Below are positions 26,637-36,317 of a stretch of 44,091 bases of DNA, in pieces (position 1 is the first letter of the stretch; every line of letters starts with the position of its first letter). The stretch is from Thermomicrobiales bacterium (GTDB taxonomy: Bacteria; Chloroflexota; Chloroflexia; Thermomicrobiales; JALYUS01). A program made the position numbers and the translations under genes. Below the pieces are notes generated by a model, which saw only the letters and a program-made list of their open reading frames with translations, was not told where the DNA came from and ran no database searches. The stretch is from NCBI GenBank assembly GCA_050999735.1, contig JBPCPB010000284.1, positions 1 through 44,091 on the forward strand, in the 5' to 3' direction.

Positions 26637-26805
26637 CTTCTCCCTCCCGCATCCATCATGATCGGTTGAGATGGCAGTATATCGCGCGCAATCCGACGGT
26701 GACATGCATCCGCTCGTCCTTCAGGCACGGGATTCATGAGACGGCATCGATGATGGGCTTCGGGGAATGGTGCGGGTCAACGCCTTAACAGGAAGGGGAA
26801 GACGA

Positions 26806-27561
26806 ATGAGAGTATTACTCATCGGAGGTTCGGGCCGGGTCGGTTCGTTCATCACACCCTATCTGCGCGAACAGCACGAACTCCGCGTGCTCGACGTTCG
26901 TCCACCGAGCCGCGACGGCGTCGAGTACATCGAGGGCTCGATCACGGACCCAGGCGCCGTGCGCCGTGCGCTCGACGGTTGCGACAGTTTCATCTCGCTG
27001 GTGATGAAGAGCGGCCAGGGAGGGTCATCGACGGAGCAATCCATCCCCGTGATCGTGGACAATTACCACGTGAACACGCTCGGTCTCCACCTGTTGCTCT
27101 ACACGGCCTGCGACCTGGGCATCAAGCGCGGGGTATTCACAAGTACCATGAGCGTCCATTATCGCGAGCGCGATCGGTTCCCGTCCGAGGAGACGGTGCC
27201 GCTCGACTCGCCCAGCGTCTACGGCTTGACCAAGGGATTTGGCGAGCTCATCTGCCAATATTTCGCCCGCTGGTTCGATATGAACCTCATCGCCCTGCGC
27301 ATCACCGGCCCCCGAGACCGCAGCCAGTACATCGAGAAGCGTCGCAACCCGCGACACTATGGCACCGCGCCACTGTACGTGACTGACGAGGAAGACCTCG
27401 CCGACGCCTACTTGGGTGCGTTGGAGGCAATACAGATCGGCCACGGTCGCTTCGACGCGATCTTCGTCGCGGGCGACGAGGACGAGCGCAACCATAACCT
27501 CTCGAAAGCCAAGCGCATCCTCGATTGGCAGCCCCGATCCCATCGCCTACTTACGCCGTAA
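26806..27561 (+). CDS. NAD-dependent epimerase/dehydratase-family (extended SDR) protein
   Basis: Start MRVLLIGGSGRVGSF (GxxGxxG) and YGLTK (YxxxK). Confidence 0.75.
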   Translation: MRVLLIGGSGRVGSFITPYLREQHELRVLDVRPPSRDGVEYIEGSITDPGAVRRALDGCDSFISLVMKSGQGGSSTEQSIPVIVDNYHVNTLGLHLLLYTACDLGIKRGVFTSTMSVHYRERDRFPSEETVPLDSPSVYGLTKGFGELICQYFARWFDMNLIALRITGPRDRSQYIEKRRNPRHYGTAPLYVTDEEDLADAYLGALEAIQIGHGRFDAIFVAGDEDERNHNLSKAKRILDWQPRSHRLLTP

Positions 27562-27568
27562 CGCACGC

Positions 27569-28534
27569 TCACGCGAAGTGCGGCAGCACCTCCTCCATCA
27601 CCCGCTTCAATTGCGCCTGCTGGTCCCAGCTCGTGATCCGCACCGTGACCTCATCGAAGCCGAGCTGCTCAATGACACGCAGGTGCTCGACGCACTCCTC
27701 CGGCGAGCCTGCGGCGACCCATTGCTCGACGAAGGGCATTGGGTAATCCGTGCTGTAATAGATATCGAGGAACTTCTTCGACTCCTCGAGCGCCGCCTGC
27801 CTGTCCTCGTTGATGTTGATGTTGTGGTAGAGATGGGTCGCGATCGACGCAGGGTCCCGGCCGAGGTCCTTCGCCTTCTGGCGCACGTCATTGATCCGCC
27901 ATGCGAGATCCGCCGGATCCGCGATCGAGGTCTGCCAGCCGTCGGCATGGCGCGCGACGCGCCGGTGCGTGCGCTCGATCGTCGCGCGATCGCCGCGGGC
28001 ATTGTTGGCGATCCAAATCGGCGGTCGCGGGGTAGCCGCGGGCTTCGGCTCGACGGTGAGATTCGCGAACTGGTAATGCTTGCCCTGATGCGTGACGTTC
28101 TCCTCGGTCCAGAGCCGCTTGAGGATCGTGATCCACTCGGTCAGGCGTTCGACGCGCGCCTTGTTGTCCACATGGTAGGTCTCATCTTCGAGCCGCCCAC
28201 CCGCCTGGGGCACGATGCCCGTGCAGCCGACCATCACCGTTCTTCCCTGGGAGAGCAGGTCGAGGCTCGCCCACTGATACGCGAGCTGGACGGGATCGCG
28301 CAGCGTGAAACTCGCCATGCACGCCGCGCCGAGGCGCACATTCCGCGTGCGTGCCGCGACGCCCGAGAGGAGGGTCACCGATTCCATGCGCGGCTTGCCG
28401 AACAGGCTGTCGCCGACCCAGACGGAGCGAAACTGCCCCGATCGGTCCGCGATCTCCGCCGTTTGTAGCATCTCCTCGGCGGTCGTCGCTCCGAACATCA
28501 CGCCGCGATTTGGCAAAGTAAAACCGAAATCCAT
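27569..28534 (-). CDS. LLM-class F420-dependent oxidoreductase
   Basis: Start MDFGFTLPN with a GGAGGA RBS 5 nt upstream. Blocks FRSVWVGDSL and RLGAACMAS. Confidence 0.8.
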   Translation of the reverse strand: MDFGFTLPNRGVMFGATTAEEMLQTAEIADRSGQFRSVWVGDSLFGKPRMESVTLLSGVAARTRNVRLGAACMASFTLRDPVQLAYQWASLDLLSQGRTVMVGCTGIVPQAGGRLEDETYHVDNKARVERLTEWITILKRLWTEENVTHQGKHYQFANLTVEPKPAATPRPPIWIANNARGDRATIERTHRRVARHADGWQTSIADPADLAWRINDVRQKAKDLGRDPASIATHLYHNININEDRQAALEESKKFLDIYYSTDYPMPFVEQWVAAGSPEECVEHLRVIEQLGFDEVTVRITSWDQQAQLKRVMEEVLPHFA

Positions 28535-28591
28535 GACCGTCCTCCATTCTGTACCGATCCCCAACAACACTCTCACTACAAGGGGAAACTC

Positions 28592-29392
28592 TTACTGCGT
28601 GACCCGAATGCGGGCGCCGTGCGTGCTGGTGAGCGGGAGGAGTTCGCCACTGCCGGGCGGCACGGCATCGCTCCCACCCAACGCGACCTCGTATGGCCCT
28701 TCGCCGCGCTTTGCCAGGTATTGCCCGAGCGGGCCAGCCTCGTCGGCAGGCTCAGCGAGCGCGAGCCATTGCTCCCCGACGCGGAAGCGGTACCCCGCGC
28801 CCGCGCCGGCGATCTCCGCGCGCGTCCCCTCGCCCTGCTGACCGAGCAGTGCGAGATAGGCGGTCGTCGCCGCAGCGAGATCCTTCACGACGACGGTCAA
28901 GCCCGCCACGCGCGTCACGGGCAGGCGGTGATGCATCGCCGCGCCGTCCGGCACGCGCAAGGAGCGCGGCGTCACGTCCTCGATTACGAAGGGGAGCGCG
29001 CTTTGCGTGGCGCTGAGCGAGATGATCCGCCAGTCGATCTGCTGACCGTCGGGGCGGAGACGGCCCATTTCGACCGGCCCGTGCGTCGGTAAGACGCCCG
29101 GTTGTGTCACGACGGGCTCGGCAGTGAGATTCTCTGAGAGCAGGGCGAAGTCAATTATCCCTTCCCCCTGCGCGATCCGCGCGCCCCAGCGGTGGCTCGG
29201 CGCCTTCGCGAGATCGGTGAACGCGATCAACTCGAAGTACGTGCCGTCGGCGAAGGAAACCAGGGCGTTATGTGTCGCGCCGCTCGTGTGCGCACCCCCC
29301 GGCGTGACGGTGAATCCCAGGTCCGCGTAATCGGCGGATGCCCGTGCGAGGTCCGTGACGAGGATGACGATGTGGTCGAGCTGCTTCGGCAT
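28592..29392 (-). CDS. Two-domain glyoxalase/VOC-like protein
   Basis: Start MPKQLDHIVILVTDLARASADYADLGFTV (glyoxalase-like beta-alpha-beta-beta-beta start). A second repeat occurs around VTRVAGLTVVVKDLAAA. GGAGGGGG RBS. Confidence 0.7.
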   Translation of the reverse strand: MPKQLDHIVILVTDLARASADYADLGFTVTPGGAHTSGATHNALVSFADGTYFELIAFTDLAKAPSHRWGARIAQGEGIIDFALLSENLTAEPVVTQPGVLPTHGPVEMGRLRPDGQQIDWRIISLSATQSALPFVIEDVTPRSLRVPDGAAMHHRLPVTRVAGLTVVVKDLAAATTAYLALLGQQGEGTRAEIAGAGAGYRFRVGEQWLALAEPADEAGPLGQYLAKRGEGPYEVALGGSDAVPPGSGELLPLTSTHGARIRVTQ

Positions 29393-29435
29393 TGTTTCCC
29401 CCTCCGAGTCGTGCAAAAAAGTGCCAACGGTACGC

Positions 29436-30398
29436 CTATTGCGCCTGCTGCAGGCGGATGCGCGGATCGAGCACGCCGTAGACCAGGTCGACGACCAGGC
29501 TGACCGCAACCGTTACCACGGCGATGAAGAAGACATTGGTGAGGACGACGGGATAATCGCGCGCGAGGGCGGCGGTCGTCGTCACCTTGCCCAGCCCGGG
29601 CAGACCGAAGACCGTCTCGACGATCGCCGAACCGCCGAGCGTGACGGGGATGATCGTATTGAGGAGGCTCACCACGACGAGCAGAGCGTTGCGCAAGGCG
29701 TGGCGCGTCACGACGTAGGTGTCCCCGAAGCCTTTCGCGCGCGCCGTGCGGATGTAATCCTCCGCGAGCGTCGTCGTGAGGCCATCGCGCAGGTAGCGCG
29801 CGAGGATCGTCGCCGGACCGAGCGCGACAACCAGCGTCGGCATGACGAGGTAGGGGAGCGAGGCGGCGCCCTGGAAGCCGACCGTCCCCGGCGGGCCGAG
29901 GCCGGAGCCGGGCAGCACATGCCACGCCTCCGTGAAGAGCCGGAGGAGGAGGACGCCGAGCAGGAACGGCGGGAAGGCGAGCGTCGTCGCCATCGCGGCG
30001 GAGAGCGCGCGATCGACCCAGCCACCGGGGCGCCGCGCCGCGAACGCCCCGAAGGGGACGGCGATCAGCATCGCGAACCCCAGGCCCGTTGTTGTCACGA
30101 TGAGCGTCGTCGGGAAGGCGTCGCGCACGATCTGATAGGTCGGCTGCTGCGACTTGAACGACCGCAGATCGCCGCGCACGAGGCCGCGCATCATCTTGAC
30201 GTACTGCACCGGTAAGGAGTCATCCAAGCCGAGTTCGTGGCGCACCGCCGCCCGATCCTCCGGCGTGAGCAGCGAGGGATCAACGACGAGCGTCACGGGA
30301 TCGCCCGGCGTCAGGCGGAAGATCAGGAAACAGAGGATCGAGACGCCGATCAGCAGCGGTACCGTCTCTTCCAAGCGGCTGATCCAGTAGCGCGACAT
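29436..30398 (-). CDS. ABC transporter permease (DppB/OppB-like)
   Basis: Start MSRYWISRL overlaps the upstream stop (ATGA-type overlap at 30398). Blocks DYIRTARAKG and YPVVLTNVFF. Confidence 0.9.
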   Translation of the reverse strand: MSRYWISRLEETVPLLIGVSILCFLIFRLTPGDPVTLVVDPSLLTPEDRAAVRHELGLDDSLPVQYVKMMRGLVRGDLRSFKSQQPTYQIVRDAFPTTLIVTTTGLGFAMLIAVPFGAFAARRPGGWVDRALSAAMATTLAFPPFLLGVLLLRLFTEAWHVLPGSGLGPPGTVGFQGAASLPYLVMPTLVVALGPATILARYLRDGLTTTLAEDYIRTARAKGFGDTYVVTRHALRNALLVVVSLLNTIIPVTLGGSAIVETVFGLPGLGKVTTTAALARDYPVVLTNVFFIAVVTVAVSLVVDLVYGVLDPRIRLQQAQ

Positions 30399-31330
30399 CA
30401 GCGCCGCCTCCGTGTCGGGTCGAGCGCGTCCCGCACGCCCTCGCCGAAGAGATTGAAGGCAAGCACGACGAGGAAAATCGCTACACCGGGGAAGACGACG
30501 AGCCACCACGCCTGCCGCGCGAAACGCGCTCCGTCCGCGACCATGTTGCCCCAGCTTGGCGTCGGCTCAGCAACGCCGAGTCCGAGGTAACTGAGGCCCG
30601 ATTCGACGAGGATATTGCTCGCGACGCGGATCGTCGCGCTTGCGATGATCACCGGGATCAGTTGCGGGATCAGGTGCCGTACGACGATGCGCAGGTCGCT
30701 CGCACCGATCACGCGGGCCGCCGCAACGAAATCTTGCCGCCGTAGTTTGAGCATCAACGCACGGACAACGCGCGCGTTGGCGGGCCAGGATGTGAAGCCG
30801 ATCATCAGGATCAAAAGCGTCAGGCTGCGGCCAAACGTGGCGACGGCGAGGATCAGGAGGAAGAAGGTCGGAAAGACGAGCACGAGATCGGTGAGCCGCA
30901 TTAGGAGCCGGTCCGCCCAGCCGCCGAGATAGCCCGCGAACGATCCGATCGCGACGCCGACGATCAGCGTGATGAGCATTGACAGGAGTCCGATGGAGAG
31001 CGAGACCCGCCCGGCATAAATCAGGCGGCTGAGCACATCGCGCCCCAGCCCGTCGCCGCCCAGGATGAAGGCGGAGCCGGGCGGTGCGAGGCGGAGCTGC
31101 ACGTATTGCGCCTCCGGTCGTTGCGGCGCGAGCACGGGCGCGAAGATCGCCACCAATCCGGCCACCCCGATGATCGCCCCGCCAAAGGCAATCCGCCCAT
31201 TCGCCACGATCCATCGGGCCGGTACGAACCTGCGCCGCGCCGCAGGGCGCAACGGAGTCGCGTTTGCCGGTGCATGCACCTCCGGTTCCAGTACCGGAAG
31301 GGGTGTTCGTGCTCGATCGCTCATCGCCAT
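30398..31330 (-). CDS. ABC transporter permease (DppC/OppC-like)
   Basis: Blocks GGDGLGRDVLSRLIYAGRVSL, FVAAARVIGA and WGNMV. Confidence 0.9.
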   Translation of the reverse strand: MAMSDRARTPLPVLEPEVHAPANATPLRPAARRRFVPARWIVANGRIAFGGAIIGVAGLVAIFAPVLAPQRPEAQYVQLRLAPPGSAFILGGDGLGRDVLSRLIYAGRVSLSIGLLSMLITLIVGVAIGSFAGYLGGWADRLLMRLTDLVLVFPTFFLLILAVATFGRSLTLLILMIGFTSWPANARVVRALMLKLRRQDFVAAARVIGASDLRIVVRHLIPQLIPVIIASATIRVASNILVESGLSYLGLGVAEPTPSWGNMVADGARFARQAWWLVVFPGVAIFLVVLAFNLFGEGVRDALDPTRRRR

Positions 31331-31391
31331 AGACCGATTCCCATTCCCTGTCTCACTCCTCCGACCGCAGCGTGAGAGGCCGAACGCCGCC

Positions 31392-31420
31392 GCACCGATC
31401 TATCGCCGGATCATCGGTGC
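31392..31420 (-). other. Stem-loop 3' of the SBP gene (minus-strand transcript)
   Basis: GCACCGAT (31392-31399) pairs with ATCGGTGC (31413-31420) around a 13-nt loop. Confidence 0.3.
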
Positions 31421-31431
31421 AGTCCTGCCGC

Positions 31432-33192
31432 CTATTGCTTGTAGTACCACGCGGCGGCATCCCGCCAGTTGAAGTACGAGCTGGGATAATCGGGCGTGAC
31501 GAGATCGGCGCTGTAGGCGTAGGCGTTGGGGGGATTGCCGAGCCAGAGATGCGGCACGTCCTGCGCGATGACCTCCTGCCACTCGTAGTAGAGTTTGCGC
31601 CGCTCCTCCTGATCGTTCGTGGCCGCCGCGCGGTTGATCAGCTCGTCCGATTGCGGGTTATTGTAGCTGTTGCGGTTATTCGCGCTCAGGAAATAGCCCG
31701 GCAGCGCGTAGTGCGGGTCCGTGTAAAGCGTGTAGACGACCTGCAACCCCGCCGCCTCGAAGGTGCGCGTGCTGTAGTACTGCGTGTTCAGCGTGTTGAA
31801 GTCCACGAACTGGTGCTTCATTTCCACACCGACTGCCTTCCACTGCTGCTGCACGACGAGCGGCCAGTCATTGTAGATCGAGTACATTGTGAAGGAGAAC
31901 TTCTGCCCCTCCTTCTCGCGGAGGCCGCCCGGTCCCACCTTCCAACCTGCCTCATCGAGGAGCCGCCTGGCCTGCTCCGGGTCGTTGTCAAAGAGCGTCG
32001 TATCCTTCTTCGTCGGCCACCAGTCGTAGGGGAAGACGGAGTTGTAGATCTGCGCGCGCCCCTTCCAGATGGCGTCGTTGATCGCCTGACGGTTGAGCGC
32101 AAACGAGAGCGCCTTGCGCACGCGCACATCCTGGAAGAGCGGCTTGGCGAGGTTGAATTCGATGTATTGGTTCGCGCGGCCCGGTTTTAGGACACGACGC
32201 AGCGACGAGTCCCCCTGGAGCTGATCGTAGGCGTCGAGCGACAACTCGACCGCGTTCATCTCCTTCGATTTCAACCCCGTGATGAGCGTGTTCGCGTCCG
32301 CATTCGGGATCATCCGGTAGACGACGCGATCGAGGTGCGGGCGACCGCCGAAGTAGTCATCGAACGCCTTGCCGATAATGCTGTCTCCTGTCTTCCAGAC
32401 CTCGAAGACGAAGGGGCCGGTACCGATCGGGGCGCGGGCATATGGGTGCTTGAGCATCTCCGCGACGGGGACGCCGCCGAGGATGTGCTTCGGGATGATG
32501 TACTGGCCCGCGCCGATGGTGAAGAACGGCGCGGAGGGCGCGGTCAGATTCGCTTGGAGCGTAAAGTCATCGAGCACCTTGATGCCCGTGATCTCCCGCG
32601 CCTTGCCGGTGTGGAACTCCGGCGCGCCCGCGACGAAGGCGAAGAAGCTATAGAGTTGTGCCCCCGTCTTGTTGTCCGGGTGAGCGATCGTCTCCCAGGT
32701 GAACTTGACATCGGCGGCGGTGAAGGGCTGCCCGTCGTGCCACTTGATGCCCTTACGGAGTTTGAAGGTCCACTGCGTGCCATCAGGCGTACTCGTCCAC
32801 GACTCGGCGAGATCGGGGAGCGGTTCGAGATTCAGCCCCGGCTTCGTCAGGCCGTTGAAGAAGGGCGCCGTCGGGGCGATCACAGTGGAGAAGCTGCTGA
32901 AAGAGGGGATCAGGTGCGAGCCCTCCTGCGAGGCATAGTAGACCGCCGTGCCACCCTTCCGTGCGATGCTCGTGGCTCCGACGGGAGGAGATTGCGCCGC
33001 AGGCGCGGCCGAGCCGGATGCGGCGGCTGTGCTAGTGGGCGCTGATACGGCGGGTGAGGGCGCGGCGGTCGGGATCGCGCCCCCGCACGCCGCGAGGATG
33101 CTGCCGGCGGCAATACCAGAGACGAGCGCGATACCGCGCCGTACGATCCGGCGACGGCTCATGCGGGAAGAAATATCTGCTGAATCTGCCAT
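31432..33192 (-). CDS. ABC transporter substrate-binding lipoprotein, SBP family 5 (Opp/Dpp-type), Tat signal
   Basis: AAGGAGA RBS before ATG 33192. Signal SRRRIVRRGIALVSGIAAGSILAAC GG. Family 5 block WHDGQPFTAADVKFTWE. Confidence 0.9.
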   Translation of the reverse strand: MADSADISSRMSRRRIVRRGIALVSGIAAGSILAACGGAIPTAAPSPAVSAPTSTAAASGSAAPAAQSPPVGATSIARKGGTAVYYASQEGSHLIPSFSSFSTVIAPTAPFFNGLTKPGLNLEPLPDLAESWTSTPDGTQWTFKLRKGIKWHDGQPFTAADVKFTWETIAHPDNKTGAQLYSFFAFVAGAPEFHTGKAREITGIKVLDDFTLQANLTAPSAPFFTIGAGQYIIPKHILGGVPVAEMLKHPYARAPIGTGPFVFEVWKTGDSIIGKAFDDYFGGRPHLDRVVYRMIPNADANTLITGLKSKEMNAVELSLDAYDQLQGDSSLRRVLKPGRANQYIEFNLAKPLFQDVRVRKALSFALNRQAINDAIWKGRAQIYNSVFPYDWWPTKKDTTLFDNDPEQARRLLDEAGWKVGPGGLREKEGQKFSFTMYSIYNDWPLVVQQQWKAVGVEMKHQFVDFNTLNTQYYSTRTFEAAGLQVVYTLYTDPHYALPGYFLSANNRNSYNNPQSDELINRAAATNDQEERRKLYYEWQEVIAQDVPHLWLGNPPNAYAYSADLVTPDYPSSYFNWRDAAAWYYKQ

Positions 33193-33297
33193 GCCCCGGT
33201 CTCCTTCGTCATCGATCACGCGCGGATGTACCGAGACAATGGCTTGGAAGGCCCACGCCCCGTATGCATTCTCCGCAACGGTGAGCGCGCCAGTTGT

Positions 33298-33327
33298 ATT
33301 CCTAACATTCAAAGATTAATATGTCAA
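33298..33327 (-). promoter_or_regulatory. Candidate promoter for the minus-strand SBP5 operon
   Basis: On the minus strand: TTGACA (33327-33322), 17-nt AT-rich spacer, TAGGAAT (33304-33298). The -10 is weak. Confidence 0.3.
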
Positions 33328-33604
33328 GAAAGTGGCTACGGCGATGGCACCTCAACGGGGCATCGGAAACTGGTCCCCAATTGACGTTTCGCCAATCGAC
33401 CCCTTCCCGTTGCCGCAGCAACGGTATTTCCTCGCGGGAGGCCGCTGACGAGCGCCGCGTCGAGAGGAACTGCCATGGCGCTGTCGGCGATGCTGGTGAG
33501 CGTGGCGTGCGATCGTGACCCGAGAGCGGACAGACGGTGCTCGGGCAGACGTCACCAAGGCTCTCGAAGAGCCCAGTTCGCAGTTGCGAATACAGCGGTC
33601 GCCG

Positions 33605-36292
33605 TCAGACGAAAGGAAATACGGACACGAACGTATACGTGCCCGAACCGACGGTGAAGATTGCCTCTCCCTTCTCCATCCGGAAAAACGCGACCCCTTC
33701 CGCCTCTCGCGCCAATGTCGCCCCCTCGCGTATTGCGGCGCCATCCGTTGCCCCCGATGGCACGTGGACGATCGCTGTCGTGTTCGCGGGAATCGTGACG
33801 TCGAGCGTGAAGGTATCGCCGTCCCGTCGCCACGCAGTGGTGATCCGCCCCCGCACGGAGTCGTATGTCGCCTCGGCGGATTGGAAACTCCCGCCCGGGT
33901 GAGGATGGATGAGGATGCGCCGGTAACCGGGGGCTGCGGGATCAGTGTCGATCCCGGCGACCGTACGGTAGAGCCATTCGCCCACAGAGCCGAGCGCGTA
34001 GTGATTGAAGGAGTTCATGCCGGGATCCTGGAACCCGTGCTCCTCGGTCCAGCCGTCCCACCGCTCCCAGATCGTCGTCGCGCCGTGCCTGATCGTGTAC
34101 CCCCACGAGGGGAACGTGTCACTCTCAAGCAGTCGGTAGGCTACGTCGGGGCGTCCAACTACGGTTAGTGCCGGGCAGAGGTAGCCAACGCCGACGAAAC
34201 CTGTGGAGAGGTGCCAGCCCCGGCGCTCGATGTCCGCCACCAAGCGGTCTGTCGCAGCGGCACGGAGATCGGCGGGCAGGAGATTCATGTACAGGGCAAG
34301 TACGTACCCGGTCTGTGTCTCGCCCCGCACCGTGCCATCGGCGGAGACGTACGTCGTAATAAATGCCTCCTTGATCTTCTCAAATAGCGCGTCGTACTGC
34401 CGGGCTTCGTCGTGACGGTCGAGGACGCGGGCCATCTCGGCCATGAGACGCGCGTCATATGCCCAGTATGCCGTGGCAAGGAGGTCTTTCGGCGTCGCGC
34501 TGGCTCCCGGGTGTCGCATCGCGCCGCCATCGAGTGCCAGCCAATCGCCGAAGTTATTGTTGAGCTGCCCGTTGCGCAGATAGCCGAGATTTCCCCGCGC
34601 CAAGTACGTCATCCACCGTGTCATCGCCTCCCAATGCCGCGCGACGATCCGTGTGTCGCCGTAGCACTGCCAGATCGTCCACGGGACGATCACCCCAGCA
34701 TCGCCCCAGGCGGGTGCGCCATCTGTGAGATTCACCAGCCGCGGCGCAACATCGGGAAATGCCCCCGCTCCCGATTGCCCATCCTCGACGTCGCGCATCC
34801 ACTTGGTAAAGAAGGTCGCAACGTCCATATTGAAGCATGCGGTGCGAATGAATATCTGCGCGTCGCCCAGCCACCCGAGACGCTCATCGCGCTGTGGGCA
34901 ATCGGTGGGAACACTGAGGAAGTTTCCCCGTTGCCCCCAGACGATGTTGCGCTGCAATTGGCTCACCATCGGGTTCGAGCATGTGAAGGTGCCGGTAGGC
35001 GGCGTGTCGGAATGAACGACGCAGCCCGTGATCATATCCACCGTTGGTACGCCAGGGAAGCCGATAATTTCGGCGTAGCGGAACCCATGGAAGGTGAAGC
35101 GCGGTTCCCAGGTTTCCTCTCCCTCACCATGCAGGATGTACGTATCGGTCTGCATGGCGGTACGTAGGTTGTCGGTGTAGAGCGTCCCATCCGGGTTAAG
35201 CATCTCTGCAAATCGGAGTCGTATCTTCGTGCCTGCATCGCCTTGGACACGCAGGCGGACCCATCCCGCGATGTTTTGCCCGAGATCGAAGATGAAGGTG
35301 CCCGATGCTGGCTCGGTCACTGAAATGGGAACAATTTCCTCGGTCACTCGGGCCGGTGGGACAGATGCGGCGACGATTTGTGTGTCGCCTCGATCCCGCA
35401 CGCGCACGGGCTGCCAATCGGTATCATCAAAACAAGGAGCGTTCCAGCCTGTGAGCGTGCGACGCGCGTCGTAGGTCTCGCCCATCAGCAGGTCAGAGAA
35501 GCGAATCGGACCAGTCGTGCTCTTCCATGTACCATCAGTCACGACTGTCTGCGCCGTGCCGTCGGTATATTCTACATGCAGTTGCAGCAGCGCTTCTGGA
35601 CGCGATCCGTAATGCCTACTGGACCCGCCGAAACCGACATGGCCGGCATACCATCCCGTGCCAAGGATGACGCCGAGCACGTTCTCTCCCTCGTGGAGGG
35701 ATCCCGTCACATCATGGGTCTGATACTCAATTCGCGCTTGGTAATCGGTCCAGCCGGGTGCGAGCAGAGCGTTGCCCACGCGATTGCCATTGATGTAGAT
35801 TTCGTAAAGACCTCGGGCCGTGCTGTACAGCCGTGCGGCCCGCATTGGTTTCGTGAGACGCACGATTGTGCGCAGGTATGGGCTTGGTGGTAAATCCTCC
35901 TCCGCCTCTATGCCCGGTCCGACCCACCCCCCAAGCCATTCGTCGGTATGGAGCAATCCCATCTCCCACCAGCCGGGCTGACTGTACGCCGACGGCCTGC
36001 CTTCCCGATCCCATACACGCACCTTCCACCAGCAGCGCCTACGCGATTGGAGCGCCGCTCCCGCGTAGACGATGTGGATGGATTGATCAGACGGGACCTT
36101 CCCGCTCTCCCATAGGTCGCCGCCGTCGGCATCGAGAAGTTCCGCGCTGCTGGCAACGATAACTTGGTAGGCAGTTTGTCGCTGCCCGCGGTCCGCTGAC
36201 TCAAGAACCCAGCTAAGGCGTGGCTGGGCTTCATCGATCCCGAGAGGATCTGTCAGATATTCGCACCGCAATCGCGTCGGCGTAATGGGCAT
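33605..36292 (-). CDS. Alpha-L-rhamnosidase, glycoside hydrolase family 78
   Basis: The hallmark N-terminus LRCEYLTDPLGIDEAQPRLSW, a length of about 895 aa, and the multi-domain bacterial rhamnosidase pattern (six-hairpin core with DCPQRDERLGWLGD). AGGAGG RBS. Confidence 0.9.
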   Translation of the reverse strand: MPITPTRLRCEYLTDPLGIDEAQPRLSWVLESADRGQRQTAYQVIVASSAELLDADGGDLWESGKVPSDQSIHIVYAGAALQSRRRCWWKVRVWDREGRPSAYSQPGWWEMGLLHTDEWLGGWVGPGIEAEEDLPPSPYLRTIVRLTKPMRAARLYSTARGLYEIYINGNRVGNALLAPGWTDYQARIEYQTHDVTGSLHEGENVLGVILGTGWYAGHVGFGGSSRHYGSRPEALLQLHVEYTDGTAQTVVTDGTWKSTTGPIRFSDLLMGETYDARRTLTGWNAPCFDDTDWQPVRVRDRGDTQIVAASVPPARVTEEIVPISVTEPASGTFIFDLGQNIAGWVRLRVQGDAGTKIRLRFAEMLNPDGTLYTDNLRTAMQTDTYILHGEGEETWEPRFTFHGFRYAEIIGFPGVPTVDMITGCVVHSDTPPTGTFTCSNPMVSQLQRNIVWGQRGNFLSVPTDCPQRDERLGWLGDAQIFIRTACFNMDVATFFTKWMRDVEDGQSGAGAFPDVAPRLVNLTDGAPAWGDAGVIVPWTIWQCYGDTRIVARHWEAMTRWMTYLARGNLGYLRNGQLNNNFGDWLALDGGAMRHPGASATPKDLLATAYWAYDARLMAEMARVLDRHDEARQYDALFEKIKEAFITTYVSADGTVRGETQTGYVLALYMNLLPADLRAAATDRLVADIERRGWHLSTGFVGVGYLCPALTVVGRPDVAYRLLESDTFPSWGYTIRHGATTIWERWDGWTEEHGFQDPGMNSFNHYALGSVGEWLYRTVAGIDTDPAAPGYRRILIHPHPGGSFQSAEATYDSVRGRITTAWRRDGDTFTLDVTIPANTTAIVHVPSGATDGAAIREGATLAREAEGVAFFRMEKGEAIFTVGSGTYTFVSVFPFV

Positions 36293-36317
36293 TGCTCCTC
36301 CTTTCCCTTCGAACAGA

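Noticed and set aside
33321-33744. ORFs 33321-33518, 33475-33657 and 33352-33744 in or next to the 412-nt spacer
   Set aside because: They have no RBS and low-complexity Arg/Ser-rich products. They partly overlap the GH78 3' end.
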